This document shows positions 20,324 through 29,296 of a stretch of 64,000 nucleotides of DNA, piece by piece (position 1 is the first letter of the stretch; every line of letters begins with the position of its first letter). This DNA is from Dehalococcoidia bacterium (lineage in GTDB: Bacteria > Chloroflexota > Dehalococcoidia > Bin125), in NCBI GenBank assembly GCA_963663895.2, contig CAXXRD010000002.1:416001-480000 (forward strand), given 5' to 3'. The notes under the pieces were generated by a model. That model was not told where the DNA came from. It made no database searches and saw nothing but the letters and a program-made list of their open reading frames with translations. A program made the position numbers and the translations under genes.

Positions 20324-22093
20324 ATGACGCAGGCGCATGATCCGATCACGGTGGAGGTGCTGCGCAACGCGTTCACCGCCGTGTGCAACGAGATGGCGCT
20401 GGTGGTCAAGAAAACCGCGTATTCGACCGTCGTGAACGAGGGAAACGACTTCGGGGGCGGACTGTACGACGCGGAGGGGCGGCTGGTCGCGCAGGGGGAG
20501 TTCGATCTGCCGGCGTTCGTGGGGTTGACGCACCTGACCGTGCCCGAGGTGATCCGATCGGTGGGGCAGGAGCGGATGCGGCCCGGCGACGTGTACATGA
20601 TCAACGACCCGTACGTCGCCAGCACGCACTGCAACGACATTCATTTCGTGAAGCCCGTGTTCTGGCAAGGGCAACTGGTGGCGTTCACGTCATCGACGGC
20701 GCACTGGTCGGACGTGGGCGGAGTGGTGGCGGGCTCTCTCAACTGCAACGCGCGCAGCCAGTTCGAGGAGGGGATGCGGATCCCGGCAGTCGCGATCTGC
20801 AAGGAGGGGACGGTCGACCGGGATCTCGTGTCCCTGTTGGTGACGAACATGCGCCAGTCGTGGGAGCGGATCGGGGACCTCAACGCCCAGCTGGCGGCGG
20901 TGCGGGCGGGGGACACGCGGGTGCAGGCCTTGCTGGCGCGGCACGGGGCGGAGACGTTCCTGGCGGCGATGGCGGAGGTGCAGAATCACGCGGAGCGGCT
21001 GGCGCGATCGGCCTTCGCGGCCTTGCCGGACGGCGTCTACACGGGCGAGGACCGCATCGATCAGGACGTGGCGACGGGCGAGCCGGTCACGGTGCGGCTG
21101 CGGCTGACGATCGCGGGCGATCAGGCGGTGTTCGACCTGGAGGAGAGCGACGACGCGGCGCAGAGCGGGATCAACTGCACGATCGCGGCGACGACGTCGG
21201 CGGTATTCATTGGGATGGCGTCGATCTTGCCGCCGATGCCGATGAACGCGGGCGTGATGCGGGCGGTCACGATCCGGGCCCGTCCGGGGTCGATCGTGTG
21301 GGCGCAGCCGCCGGCGGCGATCTCCGGGCTGGCGATCACGAGCATGGATTGTGTGATCGGGGCGGTGCTGATCGCGCTGGGGAAAGCGCAGCCGGAGCGG
21401 GCGGTGGGGCTGCCATCCGCCTGCGTGAACTCCACCTTCGCGGGGTACGACACGCGGCCGGAGTTCGAGAGCTCGTTCATCAACTACGTGTGGGCCTTCG
21501 GGGGAACGGGAGGCACGCGGGAGCGCGATGGGGGAAACAACCTGGCGTCGCCGTACTCGGCGAGCTCGACGAACATCCCCTGCGAGATGCAAGAGCGCCG
21601 CTATCCGGTGCTGTATTGGCGGCACATGATCTTGCCGGACTCTGGCGGGCCGGGAAGGTCGCGGGGCGGGTGCGCGCTGGAGCAGCTGATCCAGCCCTCG
21701 ACGCCGGGATCGCTGTCGAACATCACCAACCGGGCGCGCTTCGGGCCGCCGGGGGTGTTCAGCGGAGAGGAAGGGCGCACGTCGCGGCTGGTGGGGAATC
21801 CCGGAACGGAGAAGGAGCGGAACATCGGGACGTTCATCGTAAACGCGCCCATCGGACCGGGGGAGCTGCTGTCGTTCTGGTCGTGCGGAGGGGGCGGATA
21901 CGGCGATCCGCTGGAGCGAGAGCCGGCGCGGGTGCTGGAAGACGTGCGAGACGGGTACGTGTCGATCGAGGGGGCGCGAAGCCAGTACGGACTGGTGGCG
22001 CGGGAGGTAGACGGACGGCGGCTGGAGTACGCGGTGGACGAGGAAGCGAGCGCAGTCCTACGGCGCGAGCTGCGCGCGGCGAGAGATGGATAG
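20324..22093 (+). CDS. Hydantoinase B/oxoprolinase family protein
   Basis: DPITVEVLRN, NDPY..HCND, AHWSDVGG, DSGGPGRSRGG, GGGGYGDPLER. Confidence 0.92.
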   Translation: MTQAHDPITVEVLRNAFTAVCNEMALVVKKTAYSTVVNEGNDFGGGLYDAEGRLVAQGEFDLPAFVGLTHLTVPEVIRSVGQERMRPGDVYMINDPYVASTHCNDIHFVKPVFWQGQLVAFTSSTAHWSDVGGVVAGSLNCNARSQFEEGMRIPAVAICKEGTVDRDLVSLLVTNMRQSWERIGDLNAQLAAVRAGDTRVQALLARHGAETFLAAMAEVQNHAERLARSAFAALPDGVYTGEDRIDQDVATGEPVTVRLRLTIAGDQAVFDLEESDDAAQSGINCTIAATTSAVFIGMASILPPMPMNAGVMRAVTIRARPGSIVWAQPPAAISGLAITSMDCVIGAVLIALGKAQPERAVGLPSACVNSTFAGYDTRPEFESSFINYVWAFGGTGGTRERDGGNNLASPYSASSTNIPCEMQERRYPVLYWRHMILPDSGGPGRSRGGCALEQLIQPSTPGSLSNITNRARFGPPGVFSGEEGRTSRLVGNPGTEKERNIGTFIVNAPIGPGELLSFWSCGGGGYGDPLEREPARVLEDVRDGYVSIEGARSQYGLVAREVDGRRLEYAVDEEASAVLRRELRAARDG

Positions 22094-23513
22094 CCGGGAC
22101 CTCTGCTTCCTCAGCGCCAACGAACTCGCGCGGCGGCTGCGAGCGCGGGATCTCTCGGCGCAGGAGGTGATGGAGGCGCATCTCGCGCAGATCGCCCGGG
22201 TCAACCCGCGCGTGAACGCGGTTTGCACGCTGGCGGCGGCGGAAGCGCGGGCGGGGGCGCAAAGCGCGGACCAAGCGCTTGCCGACGGGGAGACCCCAGG
22301 GCCGCTGCACGGCCTGCCCGTCGTGATCAAGGACCTGGCGGAGACGGCGGGAATCCGGACGACGTACGGATCGCGGGTGTACGAGTCGTACGTGCCGGAG
22401 GCGGACGCGCTGATCGTGGATCGGATGAAACGAGCGGGGGCGATCGTCGTGGGGAAGACGAACACGCCCGAGTTCGGAGCCGGGGCGCAGACGTTTAACG
22501 CGGTGTTCGGAGAGACCTGCAACCCCTACGACCCGCGCAAGACATGCGGAGGGAGCAGCGGGGGATCGGCGGTGGCGCTGGCGACGGGGATGGCGCCGCT
22601 GGCGAGCGGCTCCGATTTGGGGGGATCGCTCCGAAATCCGGCGGCCTTCTGCAACGTGGTGGGGTTCCGTCCCTCGATCGGGCGGGTGCCGGTGTGGCCG
22701 ACGGTATTCGGATGGTCATCGCTGTCGGTGCAGGGGCCGATGGCGCGGAGCGTGGCGGATGTGGCGCTGCTGCTGTCGGTGATGGCGGGACCGGACGCTC
22801 GCGTGGCGACGGGGCTGCGGGAGCCGGGCGCGTCTTTCCGCGCGCCCCTCGAACGAGATTTCAGGGGCGTGCGCATCGCATGGAGCCGCGATCTGGGGCT
22901 GTATCCAGTCGACCGGCGGGTCACGGCGGTCTGCGAGGCGCAGCGGGGCGTGTTCGCGGAGCTGGGGGCGGAGTTGGAGGAGGAGGAGCCGGACTTTCGG
23001 GGAGCGGATGCAACCTTCCAGACGCTGCGGGCGTGGCTGTTCGCGGGGAAGCACGGCGAGGACTGGCGGAGACACCGGGAGCTGCTGAAGGACACGCTGG
23101 TGTGGAATATCGAGAAGGGGCTGGCGCTGAGCGGGGAGGAGGTAGCGAAGGCGGAAGCGGCCCGGACGGCGCTGTTCGCACGGGTGCAGGGCTTCTTCGA
23201 AAGCTACGAGTTCCTGGCGCTACCGGCGACGAGCGTGCCGCCGTTCCCGATCGAGGAGCGCTACGTGACGGCGATCAACGGGCAGCAGCTGGAGACGTAC
23301 ATCGACTGGCTGGGCGTGACGTACGCGATCACTCTGCCGGGCCTGCCGGCGATCTCGGTGCCGTGCGGGTTCACGGAGGAGGGGCTGCCGGTAGGGTTGC
23401 AGATCGTGGGGCCTTACGGAGCGGACTTCGCCGTGCTGCAGCTGGCGCACGCGTTTGAACAGGCGACGCGCTTCGGGGAGCGCCGGCCGGCGCTGGCGCA
23501 GGACGAGGAGTAG
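22086..23513 (+). CDS. Amidase (amidase signature family)
   Basis: IKDL, GKTNTPEFG, GGSSGG, GSDLGGSLRNPA. Confidence 0.93.
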   Translation: MDSRDLCFLSANELARRLRARDLSAQEVMEAHLAQIARVNPRVNAVCTLAAAEARAGAQSADQALADGETPGPLHGLPVVIKDLAETAGIRTTYGSRVYESYVPEADALIVDRMKRAGAIVVGKTNTPEFGAGAQTFNAVFGETCNPYDPRKTCGGSSGGSAVALATGMAPLASGSDLGGSLRNPAAFCNVVGFRPSIGRVPVWPTVFGWSSLSVQGPMARSVADVALLLSVMAGPDARVATGLREPGASFRAPLERDFRGVRIAWSRDLGLYPVDRRVTAVCEAQRGVFAELGAELEEEEPDFRGADATFQTLRAWLFAGKHGEDWRRHRELLKDTLVWNIEKGLALSGEEVAKAEAARTALFARVQGFFESYEFLALPATSVPPFPIEERYVTAINGQQLETYIDWLGVTYAITLPGLPAISVPCGFTEEGLPVGLQIVGPYGADFAVLQLAHAFEQATRFGERRPALAQDEE

Positions 23514-23675
23514 GGCGATGTCTGCTAGGTTCCCTGCATGCGCTGGCGCGTCCAGACGCCGCGAAGCGGAGAGCCGCCGGCCAATCCAGGCGAAGGCGAG
23601 CGCGCGCATGCAGCGGCGGCCGAGGCCTGCGGTGATAAGCGGGAAGTCGCGAACGATCAGAGCAGCTGAGACGCG

Positions 23676-24911
23676 ATGAGCGCCGCGCTTTCGCACTTGC
23701 GGATCTGCGACTTCACGGGCCAGCTGGCGGGGGCGGGGGCGACGAAGTTCCTGGCGGCGTTCGGGGCACAGGTGATCCGGATCGAGGATCCAGTGCTGGA
23801 GGGTCGCTGGGACGTGCTGCGGGGAGCGCCGCCGTTCAAGGACGAGCGCCGGGGGATCAACCTGGGGGGAGCGTTCAATAACCACAACGTGGAGAAGCTG
23901 GGGATCACGCTGAACCTGCGCACGGAGCGAGGCCGGGAGCTGCTGCGGAGACTGGTCGCGGTGTCGGACGTGGTGACGGAGAACTTCTCGGCGGGGGTAT
24001 TGGAACGGCTGGGCTTCGGGTACGCACAGCTGCGGGCGATCAAGCCGGATGTGATTTACGTGTCGAACTGCGGGTTCGGGCACAGCGGACCGTACCGGGA
24101 TTACAAGACGTGGGGGCCGATCGTGCAGGCGGTGTCGGGGCTGACCTTCAGCTCGGGGTTGCCGGAGGAGCCGCCGGCGGGGTGGGGCTACTCGTACATG
24201 GACCACACGGCGGCGTACTACATGGCGATGGCGGTGCTGCTGGCGCTGCACCATCGCGCGCGGACGGGAGAAGGGCAGCACGTGGACATGGCGGCGACGG
24301 AGGCCGCGGCGTCACTGAACGGACCGGCGCTACTGGACTACACGGTGAACGGGCGGCCGCTGCGGCGCCCGGGACAGCCGCACAGCAATCGAAGCCAGTT
24401 TCCGCAGATGGCGCCGCATGGGATCTACCCGGCACGGGGCGAGGACAACTGGCTGGCGCTGTCGTGCCGGAATGAAGGGGAATGGGCGGCCCTGGGACGC
24501 GTGGTGGGGAAGCCGTGGGCGACGGCGGAGCGGTTCGCGACGCTGGAGGGGCGGTTGAGGGCCGAGGACGCGCTGGATACGCTGCTGGGGGCCTGGAGCG
24601 AGGAGCTCGACATGTTCGAGTCGGCGCGGGCGCTGCGGGCGGCGGGCGTGCCGGCGTCGGCGGTGCAGCGGCCGCAGCAGCGCATCGACGAAGATGCGAA
24701 CACGGCCGCGTGGGGGCTGTGGCCCAGCGTGCGGCACGCGGAGATGGGAGAGGTCCGCGTCGACGGGTTGCCGGTGCACTTGAGCGAGACGGATTGGTCG
24801 ATCCGGCGGGGGGCGCCCTGCCTGGGACAGGACAACGCCTTCGTGTTTGGGGAGATCTTGGGGGTGGGGGATTCGGAGCTGGCGCAGCTGCGGGCGGACG
24901 GGGTGATCTGA
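23676..24911 (+). CDS. Class III CoA-transferase (CaiB/BaiF)
   Basis: LAGAGATKFLAAFGAQVIRIE, DVVTENFS, GFGHSGPY, SYMDH. Confidence 0.9.
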   Translation: MSAALSHLRICDFTGQLAGAGATKFLAAFGAQVIRIEDPVLEGRWDVLRGAPPFKDERRGINLGGAFNNHNVEKLGITLNLRTERGRELLRRLVAVSDVVTENFSAGVLERLGFGYAQLRAIKPDVIYVSNCGFGHSGPYRDYKTWGPIVQAVSGLTFSSGLPEEPPAGWGYSYMDHTAAYYMAMAVLLALHHRARTGEGQHVDMAATEAAASLNGPALLDYTVNGRPLRRPGQPHSNRSQFPQMAPHGIYPARGEDNWLALSCRNEGEWAALGRVVGKPWATAERFATLEGRLRAEDALDTLLGAWSEELDMFESARALRAAGVPASAVQRPQQRIDEDANTAAWGLWPSVRHAEMGEVRVDGLPVHLSETDWSIRRGAPCLGQDNAFVFGEILGVGDSELAQLRADGVI

Positions 24912-24912
24912 G

Positions 24913-26220
24913 GTGGCCTCCGCGGAGACGAAGGGGACGGGAGAAGCGCCGCTCAGCGGCTTGCGGGTGGTGGAGCTATGCGACGAGAAGGGGGCGTTCG
25001 CGGGGAAGTTGCTGGCGGACGCGGGGGCGGACGTGGTGAAGGTAGAGCCGCCCGCCGGCGATGCGACGCGGGACTACGAGCCGTTCCTGGAAGACCAAGC
25101 GGAGAAGGAACGGAGCCTGTGGTGGTGGCTCTACAACACCAGCAAGCGGGGGGTGACCCTGGATCTGGCGCAAACGGCAGGGCGGGAGGTGTTCCGGCGG
25201 TTGGTGGCGCGGGCGGACGTGGTGGTGGAGAGCCAGCCACCGGGGCGGCTGGCCGCATGGGGGATCGATTACGCGGACCTGTGCGGAAGCAATCCCGCGC
25301 TGATCTGGGCGTCGATCACGCCGTTCGGGCGGACGGGACCGGAATCCCAGGAAGCAGCGACGGATCTGACGATCCTGGCGGGGGGCGGGATCGCGTGGAT
25401 GAACGGATACGACGATCACGCGTTGCCTCCGGTGCGGGGCGGAGGCAATCAGGGCTACCACACGGGGTGCCACTACGCGGCGATGGCGGTGCTGGTGGCG
25501 CTGGCGCACCGTGACGCGGGAGGGCCGGGGCAGTTCATCGACGTGAACATGCACGCGGCGGCGAACGTGACGACGGAGGCGGGGAGCTACGACTGGTTGG
25601 TGAAGCGCCGGGAAGTGCAGCGACAGACGGGCCGGCACGCGGCCTACCGGCCGACGATGTCCACCCAGGTCCGGTGCGCGGACGGGGTATGGGTGAACAC
25701 GGGGATCGCGCCGCGGCGGCCGCAGGAGTTTCAGGTGATGTACGACTGGATCGCGGAGCTCGGGAAGCTGGAGGAGTTCCCCGAGGCGGCGATCTTGGAG
25801 GTGGCCGGGCAAGGCGGCGAGGTGATGCTGGGTCGCTTGGAGGAGGACGAGGAGATGCAGGCGAAGTTCGCCGCGGCGCGGGAGGCGGTGGTGTTCATCG
25901 CGGGACAGCTGCCGGCGGAGACGTTCTTCCACGAAGGGCAGCGGCGGGGGTTCCAGATGGGGATCATCTACGCGCCCGAGGAGGTGCTGGAGGACGGGCA
26001 CTTCCAAGCGCGCGGCTTCCCCGTGGAGGTGGAGCATCCCGAGCTGGGACGGAGCTTCCGCTATCCCGGAGCGCCGTGGAAGTTCGGGCGATCGCCGTGG
26101 CGGATCCGGCGCCGGGCGCCACTACTGGGAGAGCACAACGCCGAGGTGTCGCGGGAGTTGGGGCTATCGAGGGAAGAAGCAAGCGAGGTGAACGGCTCGC
26201 GGGGAGAGAGCCGCCGGTAG
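24913..26220 (+). CDS. Class III CoA-transferase, partner subunit
   Basis: GKLLADAGADVVKVEPPAGD, YNTSKRGVTLDL, SITPFGRTGP, APLLGEHN. Confidence 0.9.
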   Translation: MASAETKGTGEAPLSGLRVVELCDEKGAFAGKLLADAGADVVKVEPPAGDATRDYEPFLEDQAEKERSLWWWLYNTSKRGVTLDLAQTAGREVFRRLVARADVVVESQPPGRLAAWGIDYADLCGSNPALIWASITPFGRTGPESQEAATDLTILAGGGIAWMNGYDDHALPPVRGGGNQGYHTGCHYAAMAVLVALAHRDAGGPGQFIDVNMHAAANVTTEAGSYDWLVKRREVQRQTGRHAAYRPTMSTQVRCADGVWVNTGIAPRRPQEFQVMYDWIAELGKLEEFPEAAILEVAGQGGEVMLGRLEEDEEMQAKFAAAREAVVFIAGQLPAETFFHEGQRRGFQMGIIYAPEEVLEDGHFQARGFPVEVEHPELGRSFRYPGAPWKFGRSPWRIRRRAPLLGEHNAEVSRELGLSREEASEVNGSRGESRR

Positions 26221-26302
26221 CGCAACGGCTGACTGCCCCGCCGCGACGAGGCGGCCGCCACCGCCGATCTGCGCGCCATCCTCGCCGGCATCGATCTGGC
26301 TG

Positions 26303-26337
26303 TTGACAGACCCCCCCCCCCCCCATGTTTTCATAAC
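26303..26337 (+). promoter_or_regulatory. Putative promoter with C14 tract after a perfect -35 box
   Basis: TTGACA (26303-08), GA, C14 (26311-24), then AT-rich ATGTTTTCATAAC. Confidence 0.5.
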
Positions 26338-26463
26338 GCATCCACGTTGAGGGACGCGCTCCCTCAAAGCGACACCCGCGTCGGCGGGTGGGACGCCGGG
26401 CCGGCCGCCCGTCCGCAGCTCGCGAAGGCCGGCCCGCGAAGCAGAAACGGAAAGCAACCCCCG

Positions 26464-27471
26464 ATGAAGAATCTCGTTCTCGCCGCCCTGATCCTAGCGA
26501 TCGCCGCAGGCTCGGCCGTCGCCTATGCGACCGCGCGGACCGTGGAGACGACCGCCGATGTGGAGGTGCGCGTCTGGCAAGCCGTGAGCGACGAGGCGCT
26601 CTACATCAGCTCGCGCCCCGCCGGCGGCAAGTGGACCACGAACAACACGCCGCTGGACATGTCGGAGCTGAGCAAATCGGAGCGCTTCCGTCAGAGTCCG
26701 ATCACGACGGTGTCCGTGCCCGTCAGCGTTCCCGTGCCGGAGCCGCCGCCGTTCGACGATCACGGCAACACCCTGGCCGTTGCCAGCCCCCTGGCGCTCG
26801 GCGCGACGATCGACGCCATGATCGATTACGAAGGCGATGCGGACGCGTTCGCCTTCGAGGCGACGGCGGGAAGCTGGTACCGCATCGCGATCGGGGGCGA
26901 TCTCGCGCTCGCGGTCGGGGGCGATCTCGCGCTCGCGGATCGAAATGTCAACCTGAACCTGCACGGTCCCGATGGAGTGTGGATCGAGAGCTTCTTCGGC
27001 GCCGCCGGCCGCTTCGCGGCCGCGGCGACGGGCCGGCATTACTTCACCATCTACTCCTTCGCGCATCCGGCGCTTCCCGGTTCACCGTGGACCGGCCCCT
27101 ACACCCTCACCGTCACCCCGGTCGATCCCCCCGGCCCGCCACCCCTCACCCTGGCCCTCTCGAATGACGCCGACGGGGCGCTGCTAATGGCCGCCCGCTT
27201 CGCGCCGGACGCGACGCCGTACGCCGGCGCCGCGATCATCTTTGCGAGCGGCGCGCAGCTCAGCTACACCCTGACCGCGGCGCCGGCGGCGGGCGCGTGG
27301 GCCGATCTCACCGCGCAGCACTCGTTGGCGATCGCGCATGGCCTCGTGACCACCGCCCACTTCTTTGTCGGCTCCTCCGGGGAAGTCGGCTATCGCGACT
27401 ATGACTGCGTCGCCGACGACGCCGCCAGCACGGCCGAGCGCAGCGTCTGGACGTGTCGGGAACGGGAGTAG
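26464..27471 (+). CDS. Secreted protein with PPC (pre-peptidase C-terminal)-like domain
   Basis: Signal peptide MKNLVLAALILAIAAGSAVA; DDHGNT..IDYEGDADAFAF..G.YFTI..GPYTLTV. Confidence 0.75.
   Translation: MKNLVLAALILAIAAGSAVAYATARTVETTADVEVRVWQAVSDEALYISSRPAGGKWTTNNTPLDMSELSKSERFRQSPITTVSVPVSVPVPEPPPFDDHGNTLAVASPLALGATIDAMIDYEGDADAFAFEATAGSWYRIAIGGDLALAVGGDLALADRNVNLNLHGPDGVWIESFFGAAGRFAAAATGRHYFTIYSFAHPALPGSPWTGPYTLTVTPVDPPGPPPLTLALSNDADGALLMAARFAPDATPYAGAAIIFASGAQLSYTLTAAPAAGAWADLTAQHSLAIAHGLVTTAHFFVGSSGEVGYRDYDCVADDAASTAERSVWTCRERE
26891..26938 (+). repeat. Perfect in-frame 24-bp tandem duplication
   Basis: TCGGGGGCGATCTCGCGCTCGCGG x2 (GGDLALA repeated). Confidence 0.95.
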
Positions 27472-27615
27472 GCGCCCTGCTACCCTGCCGGCGCCGTCGC
27501 GTTCCCGTTGACCGCGCGACGAGCCTCTAGCGCCGGCGGGGCGCGGGATCGTTCGCAGCGTCACTGAGCCCCGCCGGCGTGCTACGCTCCCGCCATGCTG
27601 GGCACGCGACACCCG

Positions 27616-27680
27616 GCGAGCGTGGCGCCCGGTCATCGTCCAGGCGCCCGGCCGGCCCGTGGGTTCGACTCCCAGCTCGC
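27616..27680 (+). other. tRNA-like structure (acceptor-like stem + T-loop arm, no D-arm)
   Basis: GCGAGC/GCTCGC, GGCGCC..GGCGCC hairpin, TGGG-TTCGACT-CCCA. Confidence 0.35.
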
Positions 27681-27711
27681 GCAGCAGGCGGGCAGCGTGG
27701 TGTAGGCGGCG

Positions 27712-28282
27712 CCCGTCATAGGCGGACGCCTCGTCGGTGTAGATCGGCGCGTTCCAGCCCGCTTGCGTCACCACGAACCCTTGCAGCGTCGCCATGTCGG
27801 CGCGGCGCACGGCCTTGGCACGGACCGCGCCGGTCGCGCGATCCTTCACCCCGACCACGGTCGCCTTGCCGAGCGGCCAGTCGTTGCCGAGTTTCTTGCT
27901 GACGTGCTTGTTGCGCTCCTTGCCGCCCACCATCGTCTCGTCGGCTTCGACCGGGCCCACGAACGGGTCGGTCGGCTGCTCCATCGCCTTGCGGATGCGG
28001 TGCGCCAGGTGCCAAGCGCTCTTCTGGGTGATGCCGAGATCGCGGTGCAGCTTCATGCTGCTCACGCCCTTGAGGCTGGTGGTGAGCAAGTAGATCGCGA
28101 TCGCCCACGTCTGATAGCCCAGGTTCGACCCCTCCATCACGCTGCCGGTCTTGACGCTGAAGTGCTTGCCGCAGTCACGGCAGCGGTAGGGCATGGTCCT
28201 TTTCTTGCTCGGGGAGATCGCCGTCGATCCGCAGTGCGAGCAGTGCGGGCCATCCGGCCAGCGCTTCTGTATATAATCCCCC
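27712..28282 (-). mobile_element. Truncated IS1595-family transposase with a terminal inverted repeat
   Basis: RWPDGPHCSHCGS..YRCRDCGKHFSVKTGS (Zn ribbon), KGVSSMKLHRDLGITQKSAW, VEADET, YTDE; lacks the N-terminus and third catalytic region; end GGGGATTATATAC. Confidence 0.85.
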
Positions 28283-28464
28283 GGGACCCGCCCACTCCGT
28301 TCCGGTGCCGGGGACGGGCTGCCGCGCCGCGTCGCGCCGATCGGACGGGATGAGGCTCCGGCGCGGCCGCTCGTGTGACGGTTTCCGCTCGGCTGCTACC
28401 ATCCGCAGGGTGCGCCATCGCGCGAGTCATCGTTCTGGGAGAGGCGGGTAGCAGCACGCATACG

Positions 28465-29244
28465 GTGCCAACTGAGGATCTAACGACCGAGGTCGCAGGA
28501 CTGTCGGTCCATCTGCTGCGCGGCGGGGGAGGGGATCCGGCGGTCGTGCTGCACCACTCCACGGGCCCGATCGGATGGGTGCCGTTCCACGATGAGTTGG
28601 CGCGGCGGTTTGCCGTGCACGCAGTGGACCTGCCGGGCTACGGACGGTCGGATCGGCCGAGCTGGGCGCGGCACCCCCGCGACTTGGCGATCCTGCTGAA
28701 CCGGGCGTTGGAGCAGCTGGAGATGGAAGGGGTGACGTTGATCGGGGCGGGGTTCGGGGGCTTCGTGGCGGCGGAGATGGCGGCGATGACGGATGCGCGT
28801 CTGCGGTCGCTGGTGCTCGTGGGCGCCGCGGGGATTCAGCCCGCAGAGGGCAAGATCCTGGATCAGATGGTGTTGAAGGAAGAGTTCTACGTGCAGAAAT
28901 CGTTCCGGGACGAGGAGTCGTTTCGGACGTTCTACGGCGAGGATGAAACGGGGGAGCTGGCAGATCTGTGGGACTTCAGCCGGGAGATGACGGCGCGGGT
29001 GACGTGGCGGCCCTACATGTTCGACCGCCGCTTGCCGCACGTCCTGTCCACGGTGCGCACTCCGACGCTGCTGGTATGGGGCGATGAGGATCGGGTAGTC
29101 CCGCACAGCTGCGCGGAGCTGTACGCAAGGGCGTTGCCAAACGCCCAGCTGGAGATCGTGCCCGGGGCCGGGCACGTGGTGGAGTATGAGAGGCCGGAGA
29201 CGGTCGCGCGGCTCATCGTTGAGCATGTAGGCTCTCTCGCATAA
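28465..29244 (+). CDS. Alpha/beta hydrolase fold protein lacking the nucleophile Ser
   Basis: DLPGYGRS, GAGFGG, WGDEDRVV, GAGH. Confidence 0.85.
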   Translation: MPTEDLTTEVAGLSVHLLRGGGGDPAVVLHHSTGPIGWVPFHDELARRFAVHAVDLPGYGRSDRPSWARHPRDLAILLNRALEQLEMEGVTLIGAGFGGFVAAEMAAMTDARLRSLVLVGAAGIQPAEGKILDQMVLKEEFYVQKSFRDEESFRTFYGEDETGELADLWDFSREMTARVTWRPYMFDRRLPHVLSTVRTPTLLVWGDEDRVVPHSCAELYARALPNAQLEIVPGAGHVVEYERPETVARLIVEHVGSLA

Positions 29245-29296
29245 GGCACGTCCGGCACCCGCGCGATCAGGTGGCCGGTCCCAACGAGGTGCAGGG

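Noticed and set aside
23520-23670. Cobalamin riboswitch (AGGTTCCC..GGGAAG, CTGCATGCGC/GCGCATGCAG stem)
   Set aside because: No CCCGCAACTGT/GCCACTG core or B12 box. Only a generic inverted repeat is supportable.
27616-27685. Functional tRNA or tRNA-Sec gene
   Set aside because: No D-arm, no UCA anticodon in a proper loop and no CCA. Kept only as a tRNA-like element.
27184-27711. C-terminal half of the 336-aa IS1595 ORF
   Set aside because: Similarity ends at YTDEASAYDG. The rest is read-through into unrelated and antisense sequence.
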